From assembly GCA_030704615.1 (NCBI GenBank), contig CM060731.1:68634001-68698000 (forward strand): 64,000 nt of DNA, in the 5' to 3' direction. This document shows, one piece after another, positions 38,395-50,330 of this stretch (position 1 is the stretch's first letter; the number at the start of each line of letters is the position of its first letter). A program made the position numbers and the translations under genes. The DNA is from Takakia lepidozioides. Its lineage: Eukaryota; Plantae; Bryophyta. The notes below the pieces were generated by a model that was not told where the DNA came from, searched no databases, and saw only the letters and a list, made by a program, of their open reading frames with translations.

Positions 38395-39519
38395 ATGACT
38401 CGAACAACTGCCAAGCCCAAAGTAATTATTGACATAGACGACGACGATCCTTACCTCCCGCCACAAAAGGGAGTAGTACAAGAAGGGACTGGGGATTCAG
38501 CCGACTCCATGTCGGAGGACGCAAATGCAGGCACAGTGGCGCACGCAGGGAAAAAACGTGGTGCAGGCACACCGTCTCCATCTGTCAGTGCGGGTTGATC
38601 AGCCATTTCCCGGGAATGCAGAGTGGATATGTTACATCCATTGTATCCATTGCATCCATGCAGACGTTATCAACATACCAAGCCCTCACAAGTTTATGTG
38701 GGTACGTCGTGAGAAGGTGCACACTGACATGATCTAAAGCGGATCCCTGCGAAATCTTTTCTTACTCACCACCCTTGCAAACATGCCAGGTATGTGGGGG
38801 AGCATCATGGATGCTCATTAGATTTGAGAATGCCTGAACGCTCTTTGATGAGGTGGACTTCACCGTGATGGATTCACCAACCATTCTTCTAGCAAGAATG
38901 GTTTGGAGACCAACGACCAAATGATGCGAGAATGTTGTACACGAACCAAAGTCGTTTGTTTGTTTTTGCAATGCACTCAAGTCTGTGAGGTCCAAAAAAC
39001 ACTAAATAGATTGAAGGAACAATCCGGGAGTCCATGCAACCCCCATCTCCAACAATAGTTTGTTCCCATTAATGTGCATTCCACGCACACATTGCAAACA
39101 AGACAACAAGGACACACAACCATCCCATTTCAAATTTGGCCCCGAATAAAACCAAAAGAAAACTTCATATCAAGTGTTACAGTCATCAGAATCAATCTCG
39201 ACCTCCTGTGCTATGTCATCCACAAAGATTGCCCCAACACCACGTCTTCTACCACGGCCGTCAATGGGTGGACTCCGAGTGCCATGAACGGTCATGCTTG
39301 TTGCGAGTGCCTCCGCATAGACAGGTAGCACGCAAGACCGAGGAGGACTGGAAAGAAGTCCAATTAGGTGTGATAGCCCTGGAGGGCAAGTGGAAGCACG
39401 CGGACTCCTGCACATGTTGACAAAAACCCATTCAGAACACAATATGCAATACACAAGTCCAACGAAGAGGATGTCTGCCATGTGAACTTTGCCTCAAGAA
39501 CAGTGATTCTCGATATTGA
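38395..39519 (+). pseudogene. Degraded ORF of unknown function (acidic N-terminus, Cys/His-rich C-terminus), convergent with the methyltransferase gene
   Basis: ORF pieces 38290-38598 and 39136-39420 with intervening stops. Confidence 0.3.
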
Positions 39520-39549
39520 AACAACAATGCAAGCATCCACAGGTTGAAC

Positions 39550-42500
39550 TTACTCACAGGCAAAGTCGTAGTCCAGCTCCTTGTCGGAAGTCTCCTCTGT
39601 ATCAATATCAGCGGGACGGGGCTTCGGAAGGACTTGAGAAGTGTGTCCACCCAAACCCATCAGGAGGTTCTTGTAAATCTCAGCATCCCCTTCAATCCCA
39701 AAGAGATGTCGCGCACTGGCCTTGCAAGCGTGGTACGAAGCACCTGCAGTGGAATAGAATGAAGGAAGCAGACATTGAAGACACATTTGGAAGGTGGGAA
39801 GTGCTGAAAGTGCAAGCTCAATCAAACCTCATGAAATGTGAATGTTGAAGAGACGAACCTGTGCCCATTGACAAATCCAGAACTCTGGCGTCTGTGTAGG
39901 TGCAGCACTCCACAATCGTTTGAATGAAACCGGGGCTCCTCTCCCTCGCCCATATCCAAGGAACCCCATTCCCCCTTCGCAAGCAGACGTTGTTGTCGAC
40001 GTAGTTGTGGTGCATGTCATCCGTGGGAGGATCTGTCCTGTCGTCTATGAACTTGCCCCCATCAGTGATGGCGAACTCCGCAATGCCGGCCGGAGTCGTT
40101 GGTGGATGCACTCGGACGAGACAAACAACTTCAAACAAACGAGTCTGCGAACCATCCGAGAACCACCAAGAAGAGGAAGAAGAAGGCAAATTTACCATCT
40201 CTCCCGGACGATCCCCCTTCGTAAGGTACATGCTGTTCACACAATTCCATGTCTTCAGGACTCTCATGCCCGAGGCTTTCAAATAGCTGGCAAGTGCACG
40301 GCGACAGCAAACGTCGGTGGACTGTATGAGCACCAAAACACCTGCATCGGACAGGAAAAAATTGCAAAAGGAGAAAACCCACCGCCAGTAGCGCTCATCA
40401 AAAGCATTCCAACCCGGACAAGCACCCGATGGAGGGACATCCGGGACTGCCAACCCATCAGGGATGTCCAAGATTATGAGTTCGGCTGCATATTGCTTCT
40501 CTTTCCCGTTCACCCAGGATTTGGTTACAATTGAATACTCAAGAGGATTGAAACGATCCATGCCCACAGCAGAGAAGAAGCAAAAGAGAACACGCACCGT
40601 GCCGAGGATTTCCACAATCATCTCCCACACTGGTGATGGCTCGCCCTTGTAATCAGATTTCTTGGACTCCATCATGGCAAGGAATCCGACGTTGGCCATC
40701 TCCAACCTGGTAGGGCGAATGACCCTCGTGGGATGTTCCACTGCATGGTACGGGTCCTTGGGATCAACCACCCCCTTGTTCTTTCTCACGGATCCCCTAC
40801 CATGCGGTGGAGTCTGCTGGACATGCACCACTGGGCCAATATCTGCAACACTTCCCTGCCCTTGTGCCACCTTCCCTCTACCCCTTCCTTTCCCCACAAC
40901 ACCAGCAACATCTTTTCTCTTTGCCTTTCTACCTCTACCCGGGGTATCCTGAGCGGGAGGCTCCTTCTCTGCAAGAGTCCTCAAATTTCGTTCATGAATG
41001 TCGAGGTCGGCTGCTGCGGCTGTGGCTGCAATTTGCTCATTCTCTCTCCTCAAAGACACCTCCGGAGCTGGGGTCTCAGAAGGAGGGCAATCCAAATACC
41101 AACCACAAGAAGAAAGATGGTCTGGGCCCCAGTCATGCAAGATCCCAGTAGTAAACATGGTCTGGTTGCCAACAGGGACAAGCCAAAGGTCCACGAAATC
41201 TGGATGTTTGTCTAAGCAATTCTCTTCCATGAGAACAAACTTTATGTACCTGCAGGAACAGAGACAGCCTCATTATGCAATGCAATTATTGTCTCTCAGC
41301 TTTTCCATCACACCAGGAAGACCCCCTTAAACTGTATGCGTCACAGTACATTGCAACCACAGCACACTAAGTAGCCTGAACGGCCTAGGGTGTGCACCTG
41401 TAAAGGCATCGTTTCCAGGCTTCCTCTCCTTTTTTTTGCTGGTCAAGGTCAGGTGTTCGACTGATGCCACCCTCCTTGCTGAACTCTCTAAAGAAACAAG
41501 AGTGCCACACTGTGTCTCTCCATTTCCTCATGTATGCTTCGAAGGAGACCTTCGGTGTTGTCATAGTGATGCCATAGTCAGCCAGATGAGTATGTAGAAC
41601 CGACCGTGCCCTTTCTTCCAACTGCAAAACAATTCAAATGCAAGAATGAACCCAAAAACAATCACAGCGAATGTGAGAGGCAATGGAAAGAGAAGGACAG
41701 GAAAAGAGAAAAGACAGTGACACAGGACAGGACATCACACCTGGCTCCAGTAAGTGGCCTTGTGAAGCCATGTGTCCAGCACATTGTCACTGACAGGAAT
41801 GACACGCTGGGTCTTCTTCTCTTTCTCCGGCCTGGGGAACATGTGGGTATCCCTAACGCAACTCTCGTGCATTCCCTTGCAGCAAGACATTGCAGATATA
41901 GGGGAGCGTGGCAAACTGGAATACTACAGGTCAACCCCTGAGGAGAGAAGGACAGCAAAGGGGTTGAGGGTCACATCCAGAAAGAGATGACCGCTACAAG
42001 AAGGACTATAATGAGTGCTTTTGTGAAGCAGTTGAGAATTGCCGACCCATCATTCGGATCGCAGTTTCTCCTGGAGATAAAAAACCATTATAACAAGCCA
42101 GGCAAGCCAGAGATGGCCCAGGAGAAGTTGCACAGGTTGTCTACCGCCGTTGTGTCTTCAGAACAGAAGATGAAGTGGCTACAGATATGGAACTTCGATC
42201 CATCAACCCAAGGGCAAAGGAAACAAACAGAAACAAACATGTGGAAGCAGGAATATGGAAAGGGCAGATGAAGGAAGATGTATCTCACCGTGTACATGTA
42301 CTCCATGAAAGCCTCACGTGTCAATGAGTACCACGTTTCCGATGTCTTGGAGCTTTCGCACTTCTTGTACGTCTCTGCTGAAAGGATGGTCTTGAAGTTG
42401 GTCAAGGGCATCTGCCCGATCCTTTGTATCCTATACAGTGTGTGAACCGGACTCGTTTTGACATGCAATGTCTCCGTTCCTCTGCAGAATGATATCTGAA

Positions 42501-45268
42501 AGTCAGAATGAAATTCAAGGACTTTAATCAAAGAACCACGGAACTACAAGTGGAACATGTAGAATGAGAAACCAACCTGTTCACATCATTCATTGCCGTC
42601 AGAAGACCCATCATGTTCCCCTCACAATCCAGCACCATCGATCGAACAGAGTAATGCCACTCTTCCTCCTGTGAGTGCAGCCTCCCAATGACAGCCATCC
42701 ATGCAAGCAACCGGTGGTTCCCATCCCAAACGTGAAACATCTTCCCCGAGAATGCCTGGGTGGAAGGTTTCCTGGAGAGAAGAAGTTCAAAGGATTCGTT
42801 CACCTATCTCTAAATAGGATCCCAGGAGTCCACGATTGACTCATCCACAAGGAGCTCATTGCCTCTGGAATCCCTAGTACAAACGTAAAACACTGCGGAT
42901 CCATCCAAATACCCATGAACAAACTCGGCCTCCAGCTTGAGAATGTCCTTGATGAGGGGTGGACGAACGACGGGCATGGAAACCATCCTACATAGGGGAA
43001 TCTTCAACCTCCCACCCGGGGCAAGCATACTTTGCACCACAAGCTGAGAGTTTACCTTCTGACCCCCCAGCATCTCAGCGGCTTTGCTTTCATAGAACTC
43101 ATCGTCAACATCAACAATGATCTCCTTCCCCAGCCCCGAAGGGATCTCCTCCGCCACACTTTGCATCTTCTCCTGCAGGGTTGTTCATTCAAATTGATAT
43201 AAGAGTGAGGCATGAGACGATGGTGTTTGAGCATGGCAGGCAGGCCATGGGTGGAAGAAAAGGTGAGCTCAAACAGTGTGCGTTGATGCACACTGTTTGA
43301 GCTGCAAGGTAAGTGTTCATTGAACCTCAAAGAGAAGCCCTTAGTGGCCGATTTTCAGATGAAAAAAACAAAGAAAATGTGAGCTCAAACAGTGTGCGTT
43401 GACGCACACTGTTTGAGCTGCCAGGTAAGTGTTCATTGAACCTCAGAGACATGCCCTGTATTGCCGAATTTCACAGGGAAAAAACAGTGACAAGGTGGTT
43501 GATCCTCAAATACATACCCTATGTGGCCGATTTTCAGATGACAAAGGCAATGACAAGGTGAGCTCAAACAGTGTGCATTGACGCACACTGTTTGAGCTGC
43601 CAGGTAAGTGATGATTGATCCTCAAATACATGCCCTTTGTGGCCATTTCTCAAATGATAAAATAATGAGAAGGTGAGCTCAAACAGTGTGCGTTGATGCA
43701 CACTGTTTGAGCTGCCAGGTAAGTGTTCATTGATCATCAAATACATGCCATTTGTGGCCCATTTCGAGATGAAAAAAACAATGAGAAGGTGGGCTCAAAC
43801 AGTGTGCACCAACGCACACTGTTTGAGCTGCCAGATAAGTGTTCATTGATCCTCAGAGACATGCCCTATGTGGCCGATTTTCAAACGAAAAAGGCAATGA
43901 TAAGGTTAGCTCAAACAGTGTGCGCCAACACACACTGTTTAAGCTGCCAGGTAAGTGATGATTGATCCTCAAATTCATACCCTATGTGGCCGATTTTCAG
44001 ATGACAAAGGCAATGACAAGGTGAGCTCAAACAGTGTGCGTTGACGCACACTGTTTGAGCTGCCATGTAAGTGATGATTGATCCTCAAATACATGCCGTT
44101 TGTGGCCATTTTTTCAGATGAAAAATCAATGAGAAGGTGGGCTCAAACAGTGTGCGCCAACGCACACTGTTTGAGCTTCCAAATAGTGGAGGATTGAACC
44201 GGGCATAGTGGCCCTATCTGGCCGTTTTGCACACCATCAACCAAGTAAAATGCGGGGCTCAAACAGTGTGCGTCAACGCACACTGTTTCAGCTTCCAATT
44301 CGTGGTGGATTGAACCTGCCCTAGTTCCCCAATTTGTCCGTTTCGCACATCAACAAGCCAGCAAAATGGAAGGCTCAAACAGTGTGCGTCAACGCACACT
44401 GTTTGAGCTTCTTGTTCGCGGTTGATGCAACCTGGCAGAGATGCCGTGTGTAGACTATGTTCATATCGAAATAGAATCTCAACTTGGGTTCACATCAGCA
44501 ATGAAGCACAAATGTGGGTTTCAAAGATTGTACCTTTTTTTTGGCTGCTCCAGAAGACTCCCCAATCGCTGGGGACCCTTTGCGCTTCGGACTGCTCTCC
44601 ACGCCTCGCATGTTCTGGAGCATCTCCCCCATCCTCTCTTCCACTATTAGGTTCTTCGTGAGGCCAGCGTCAACATCATCTTCGGCGTCTGCCTCTCCCT
44701 CGGATGCAGTGTCCTCCTCATCTGTTCTTGGAACTATGGCAGGCTGCTGTTCTTCTCCGGATTCCTGGTCTTCCATCGCCAAACTTTCCTCTTTGCCCTC
44801 TTCTTCTGCCTTTTCCTCTTCGGCCACTCTTTCCATCCTCATTCTATATCTGGCTCTATTCCTGTTTCTAGAGCTCGTGAAGTATAATGACTTCCTTCTC
44901 TTCCTCCTCTTCCTCCTCCGCTGGAAACAAGGGCTCCCCACGATGCCTCTAGAGCTCTCCAGTTTGACGTTTGCAACAAGGGTTGCTATTGCATGTAACC
45001 AAAATCAAAATTGGACATTGTCAACCGTATTTGGATGCGGGTGTTGTTATTGTGTGCGAACGGAATTCATCCATTTCGGCGTCTTTGTATTATTCAAGAA
45101 ATAAAGTGCTAGAAAATATGTACATCTGTTGCATGTACTTGTGATATATGTCAGATGTACTTCGACGCCTGCCAATACATGGCGGCCTTCTTGCATTGTT
45201 TCAAATTCGGAAGTGCCGTAGAAATCTAGTGCTAGTTCAATTTGGAGCAGTTCTTGCAGATTCGCCAT
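39550..45268 (-). pseudogene. ParB/Srx-like domain + beta-class N4C/N6A DNA methyltransferase-fold fusion gene. Reconstructed exons 45268-45139, 44985-44534, 43172-42577, 42481-42289, [41883-42199 inverted]+41848-41741, 41621-41398, 41249-39859, 39743-39550
   Basis: VWDGNHRLLA (ParB GxxRxxA) at 42702-42731; LIILDIPDG (motif IV-like) with DIPD at 40457-40468; ERSPGFIQTIVECCT..RVLDLSMGTG/ASYHACKASARHLFGIEGD (motifs X, I-III). All proposed GT-AG junctions are phase-compatible. Two TAG stops near 42805-42812. Confidence 0.75.
43266..44409. repeat. Array of ten 38-bp palindromes (AGCTCAAACAGTGTGCGT-nn-ACGCACACTGTTTGAGCT) at 116-bp period
   Basis: Starts at 43266, 43382, 43561, 43676, 43792, 43908, 44024, 44140, 44256, 44372. 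Confidence 0.97.
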
Positions 45269-45815
45269 AAATATTGTGCTTCACATATGCATCTACGTGT
45301 GTCGTACTGCTTGCCCTGTGCTTTGCATTTTGCCGTCATCGTCGCCATGGGGTCTTTCAGTATAAAGGGTTGTGTCGGAAATGATCTTGTGTTGCACACA
45401 TCCGTGCGAGGTGACTCTTGGAGTGTCAATGTTTGTGTTGTGCTCTTCTGGCACGGCACAACCTCATTACATTCGGGGTCTTCCTGTTTACTGCTCTCCA
45501 GGGTTGTCGCCGTCTTTCCATAAAGGATGGTTTCATGTCATGTTCAGGGTTTGTTTTTCATCCAAAAACAGCACGGCTTCTTGTGGCTTCTTGTATTTGA
45601 AAACAGTTTTTCTAGTTGGTGTCTCTCAGCGTGGTTGTCTGCGAAGTTCAGTGCATGTCATTCCTACATCCTTTTGATGCATCGCCCGCAGCCTTTGGGT
45701 TAGTGCTACCCTTGTTGACCTCAATTTTTTTGTGGTGGATCCCCTTTCGAGAATTGCGGGCTATCAGTTCGGGGATTCCGTTGTGAATCAAAACTTTCGG
45801 TCAGCGTAGGAAAAC

Positions 45816-48722
45816 ATGTCCAGGGAGCGAGATAGAGTAGCCCGATTTCATTCCAATGCAGGTAGTCTTCCACTGACTGCCACTGCAGACGACGATGGGT
45901 TTGCAGTTGTTCATGAGGATGAGCTGGTTACAGTGTTTCCACTGGAATTGGGTTCTCTGCTTGTTCAAAAGAGGTGTATGACGAGGATGGGAATTTGGAT
46001 TCTGGACATTTGGAGAAACCATTGGTTGGCGAGTGTGGAAGGAAGTGGAGAGTCCTTCTAGGCACATACCATGTCCTTGGAAAAGAGAGAAGACAATCAG
46101 CAGGATCAGTCATTACCCCTGGAACTGCAGCATCGGTCGTGCAGCAAAAGGGCATAGTTCATGTGAAACAAGAGGTGAGCACATCCACTACATTCGTGAC
46201 TCTTTCAGACTCGTCCTCGGAGGATGTTTCTGAGATTCCTCCGCCAGTGCAGACTCCATTCTTGGATGAATCCGAATTGCAAGAGATAACGAGTGTCATT
46301 CCAAAATTGAAAGCCCTCGCAGGGGTGCCTAGGTGCAAGAGCGAGCTGCGTTTTGTTGATTGGGAGTCCCTTCGTGTGCAGCGGGTTCAATACGTGCCAG
46401 CAGAGTTTGATGGGGACATCTTGTTTGAGCTCAACCCTCCCACGTCTTCCAATGGACTGGCTGGGCTTCTGCAGGGCATGGACAAGAAACATGACGGACA
46501 CCCTTGGTGCAGGACAAAAACGTCAAGCATCCACAACGACATTGGATTGAAATTTCGAAGGTCGGTTTGCGTTGGGCATTGCAAGTGCCTGAATATTTCT
46601 TGCCCTCGCCTGAGAAACAACGCTCAACCAAACGAAAGTGAGTGGGAAGGTGTGCCCCTGAATCCTTTCACCCCAGGACTTGCCCCTCCCAAGACCAATA
46701 CTTTTGTGTGCAGGTTTTGCAAACTTTCCCCGTCCTGTGTTTCTGTGTGCCACGCTCGTATATACCAGATGGCACACCGATGCAAGACAATGACTCGTGC
46801 CTGCATTCATATGGGTGCACACGAACATCCTGTGTCCAAAGGAAGTTGCAGGGATAGCGTGGACATCGCTAGAAATCTGCTGAAGCAGGAGTTCCACAAT
46901 GCCCCTTGTGCAACACCTTCTGCTATAGCGCTTGCAGCTAGCAAGGCTTTCCTGGAAAAACACATACTGGGTGAAGGGGATTCGACACAACCAATGCTGG
47001 ATGCAGATTCGCTTGATGCAGTGATGGACCATTTCTCCGTGTTGAGCTCTCCCAATATTCGAAACCAGGTGAATGCACTCAGAGTCGGCACAGGCACTGC
47101 TGGATTCATGGACAACATTATGGACCTCAAACGGAGAAGTCGCTATGAATTCATTCAAAACAGTATCTTCCCTGGCCAGGGCTCGTCCAAGGTATATTTG
47201 TTCAAGATGTCTGCAGTGGGCGAAGGCAGTGGTGTGAGCATTGTCCGCCGAATGCAACCTGGAGGAGATTTGGCTAAATGTTGGTTGATGTTTGATCACT
47301 GCAAACGGGTGAAGGGTTGGACAACCATGGCGTGCCATGTGTATGATCCAGCATACCAGCGTGTGCTCTTAATAGCAATTTGTGATATGCAGTCGGAGGA
47401 CACTGAATCCCAGATGCTCATGTGGAATTCGCTCCTGGCCGTCATGCAGCGCAATGGAGTACATAACACAAATTTTGCGGGCTTCATGGCTGATAGTGCA
47501 CAGGCAAATTTCAATGCAGTGCGGCGCGTGTTTGGTTCGGGGGATCCTAAGGTCCCAATGGAAAATAGGGAGCGCACATGCCTCTTCCATTGGAGTCAAT
47601 CTCTGGCATGTCATACAAAGCGCTGCATTCGCCCTGACCTTCAGTTGGAGCACAGAAGGCTCTATCTCAAGTACAAAAATGCCACCTCAATGGGAGAAGT
47701 TGAGAGCACTTACCAAGCAATCCGGGCTTGGTGGTTCTCCTCTGGTGCTGCTACTGGTATCCACCTGAAGGAGTTGGAGGACTAGTTGGTTTTCTGGCAC
47801 TTCAGATACAGACAGTGGGGAGCTTTCATGACGACGGTAAGCCTCTTGAATCCCAAAATCACAAATTTTGCATCGTGCCTCTTCATTTGGGGTTCTTGGA
47901 TTGTCGCTTGCAGAACCTCTTCCATTTCCTTTCCTTCCTCACATTTCCATGCAATGCCTCCTGCGGGACATGTCCTTGGAGGACTTGGCCGACATGCCAT
48001 CCTATAATTTGGCGGAGACTGTTCATAACGCCTGGATGCAGCAATCTACCAAAGCAGGTCGTGACTTGTATGTGGCCACTGCTGATGACATGGTGCGGGC
48101 ACTTACACAACAAACCAGGTACCGCAATTTTCTGATGGGACGGGGTGGAGGCAAGGGCCCCGGTACGACTTTGTTGATGCTAAGGGCTGCGAGTAGGTCC
48201 GGAGACCCATCGAAGATGGCCAAAGCTCTGAACAGGTGCACTGAAGGCTCCCCTTTGCAATCCAGGCTCCCTCATTTGGAAGGCGAGGAAAGATTTGGAT
48301 CATGCAAAAGGAAATTGAACACTCTTCCAGGGTCAGATGGAGATTCCCATCGCCTAGACAGGGTCAATTTCTCTGTGCCAAAGGTGTCTCCAGTGCAGAC
48401 TAAGTCGTGTGCCAGCCCCTTCCCAGGTGGGTCCTCCTCCTGTGGAGCAGGTGCAGAACATGCAAGCACAGCAGCAAGAATCCCATTGGAGGAGGTGGTG
48501 GCCATGGTGCAAGAATCTGATTGCATTGATAGTGAGTGGCATATAGAACGCACCCCACCAAGATCTAGAGTTGCTTGCATGGCAATTCGGACCCCCTCTT
48601 TCAAGAAATGCAAATCAAAAATATGCAAAGGCTCCAGGGGGACTCCAGTTCCAACATTCACAGGGTTGTTCCGACCTTATCATAGTGGGGAGTCAAAGGA
48701 CCACAAGTTCACCATGTATTGA
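45816..48722 (+). pseudogene. Second Mutator-superfamily-like DDE transposase with an N-terminal GCM/WRKY-like Cys-His zinc domain; frameshift near 45965, TAG at 47783-47785
   Basis: RSVCVGHCKCLNISC...CRFC..C....C...GAHEHPV; WLMFDH, GFMADSAQA, TCLFHW (CxxH), NLAETVHNAW (E); intron from 47837. Confidence 0.72.
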
Positions 48723-49359
48723 GAAAGAAAACACCGTGTAACCCCCTGTGTGTAACCATAGCACACGTGATGCAGTCATATAAACCATCAGACATGTAAC
48801 CGGTTGACAGTGCTTGTAGAACACGCAGGATTCGATACGTATTGCATCCAGAATAGCGATGAGTAGGCTGCCCCGGCTGGTGTGTGAACAAAAGATACAC
48901 GAGAGGAGAGTGAATGGGCACCCCGTCAAATGGGCGGCTGCTTGCATGGCTAGACCGAAAGAAACAAAACCCTTTCCTAATGCGGATCTCAGGAATACCA
49001 TAGCCATCGGGGACGGTGACAAAACAACAAGAATGACATTGAGAAAGAAAAAGGATAAAGACAACCGTATCAATCGTAGAGAAAACCGTAGTAATAGATT
49101 TGTTGGATCGCTGCGCAGAAAGCGTTGTCTTGCATGTTGCTGGGAGGACGATACTGAACTGAATGAACTACAAATCTTTCGTATTGATGTATGAAGCCAT
49201 TTGGGCGCCACGGGAATTGCAGAAAGCTGATGCCCCAAAGCAAAAAAACGAGCGAGCTAGGAATCTGAAAAACGGATGGAGAGAGCAAATTAGGGTTTCG
49301 GCCTCCATTTCAACCTCCATTCGGCCGTTGGATAGTTTACACGTGTATGATGTACACAA

Positions 49360-50330
49360 AGCGGAGTTACAGAGGGTTACATGGCTTACAGAGGGTTACC
49401 GAGGGTTACATGGGTTACAAATGGTTACATAGGGTTACATGGAGTGAGGGTTACATAGGGGTGAGCGGTGTTACAGAGGGTTACATGGTGGTGAGGGTTA
49501 CAGAGGGTCATGTGACAGAGGGTTACATGGAGTGAGGGTTATATAGGGGTGAGGGTGACACTCAGCGGTGTAACACGGGTTACAGAGGGTTACATAGTGG
49601 TGAGGGTTTCAGAGGGTCACAGAGGGTTACATGGGTTACAGAGGGTTACATAGGTTACAGAGGGTCACATGGGTTACAGAGGGTCACAAAGGGTTACATG
49701 GGTTGAGGGTTACATAGGGGTGGGGTGACACTCTGCGGTGTTACATAGGGTTATATGGGTTACAGAGGGTTACATGGTGGTGAGGATTACAGAGGGTCAT
49801 GGGGTTATATGGGTTACAGAGGGTCACAGAGGGTTACATGGGTTACAATGGGTTACAGAGGGTTACATGGAGTAAGGGGTACATAGGGGTGGGGGTGACA
49901 CTCTGCGGTGTTACAAAGGGTTATATGGGTTACAGAGGGTTACAGAGGGCTACAGAGGTTTACGGAGGGTTACATGGGTCACAGAGGGTTACAGAGGGTT
50001 ACATGAGGTTATATGGGTTACGGAGTGTTAAAGAGGTTTACAGAGGGTTACATGTTGATGAGGGTTACATGGGTCACAGAGGATGACAGAGGTTACAGAG
50101 GGTCACAGAGGGTTACGTGGGTTACAGCGGGTTATATGGGTTATGTGGATTACAGAGGGTTACATGGGTTACAGAGGGTTACATAGGGGTGAGGGGGACA
50201 CTCTGCAATGACACTCTACAGAGGGTTACAAGGGTTACAGAGGGTTACATGGTGGTGAGGGTTACACTTGGCGGAATTACAGAGGGTTACATGGGGGTGA
50301 GGGTTACACCCGGGGCGGGGCTTACAGGGG
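49360..50330. repeat. ~1 kb degenerate GGGTTACA(GA) array (G-rich strand on +), inverse orientation to 30890-32170
   Basis: Direct reading: gagggttacatgggttacagagggttac... Confidence 0.95.

Noticed and set aside
43300-44120. Repeated + strand mini-exons (each unit has CAG|GTAAGT and ttttcag|)
   Set aside because: The implied introns are only 50 nt and the 66-nt exon checked has stops in all three frames; no coherent protein results.
43266-44409. CRISPR array (palindromic repeats with regular spacers)
   Set aside because: Linkers are ~78 bp and homologous to each other rather than unique, there are no cas genes, and the context is a eukaryotic intron.
39550-45268. Bacterial or phage contamination as the source of the ParB-MTase
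   Set aside because: The gene has multiple phase-consistent spliceosomal introns and is embedded among plant transposases in a contig with plant host genes.
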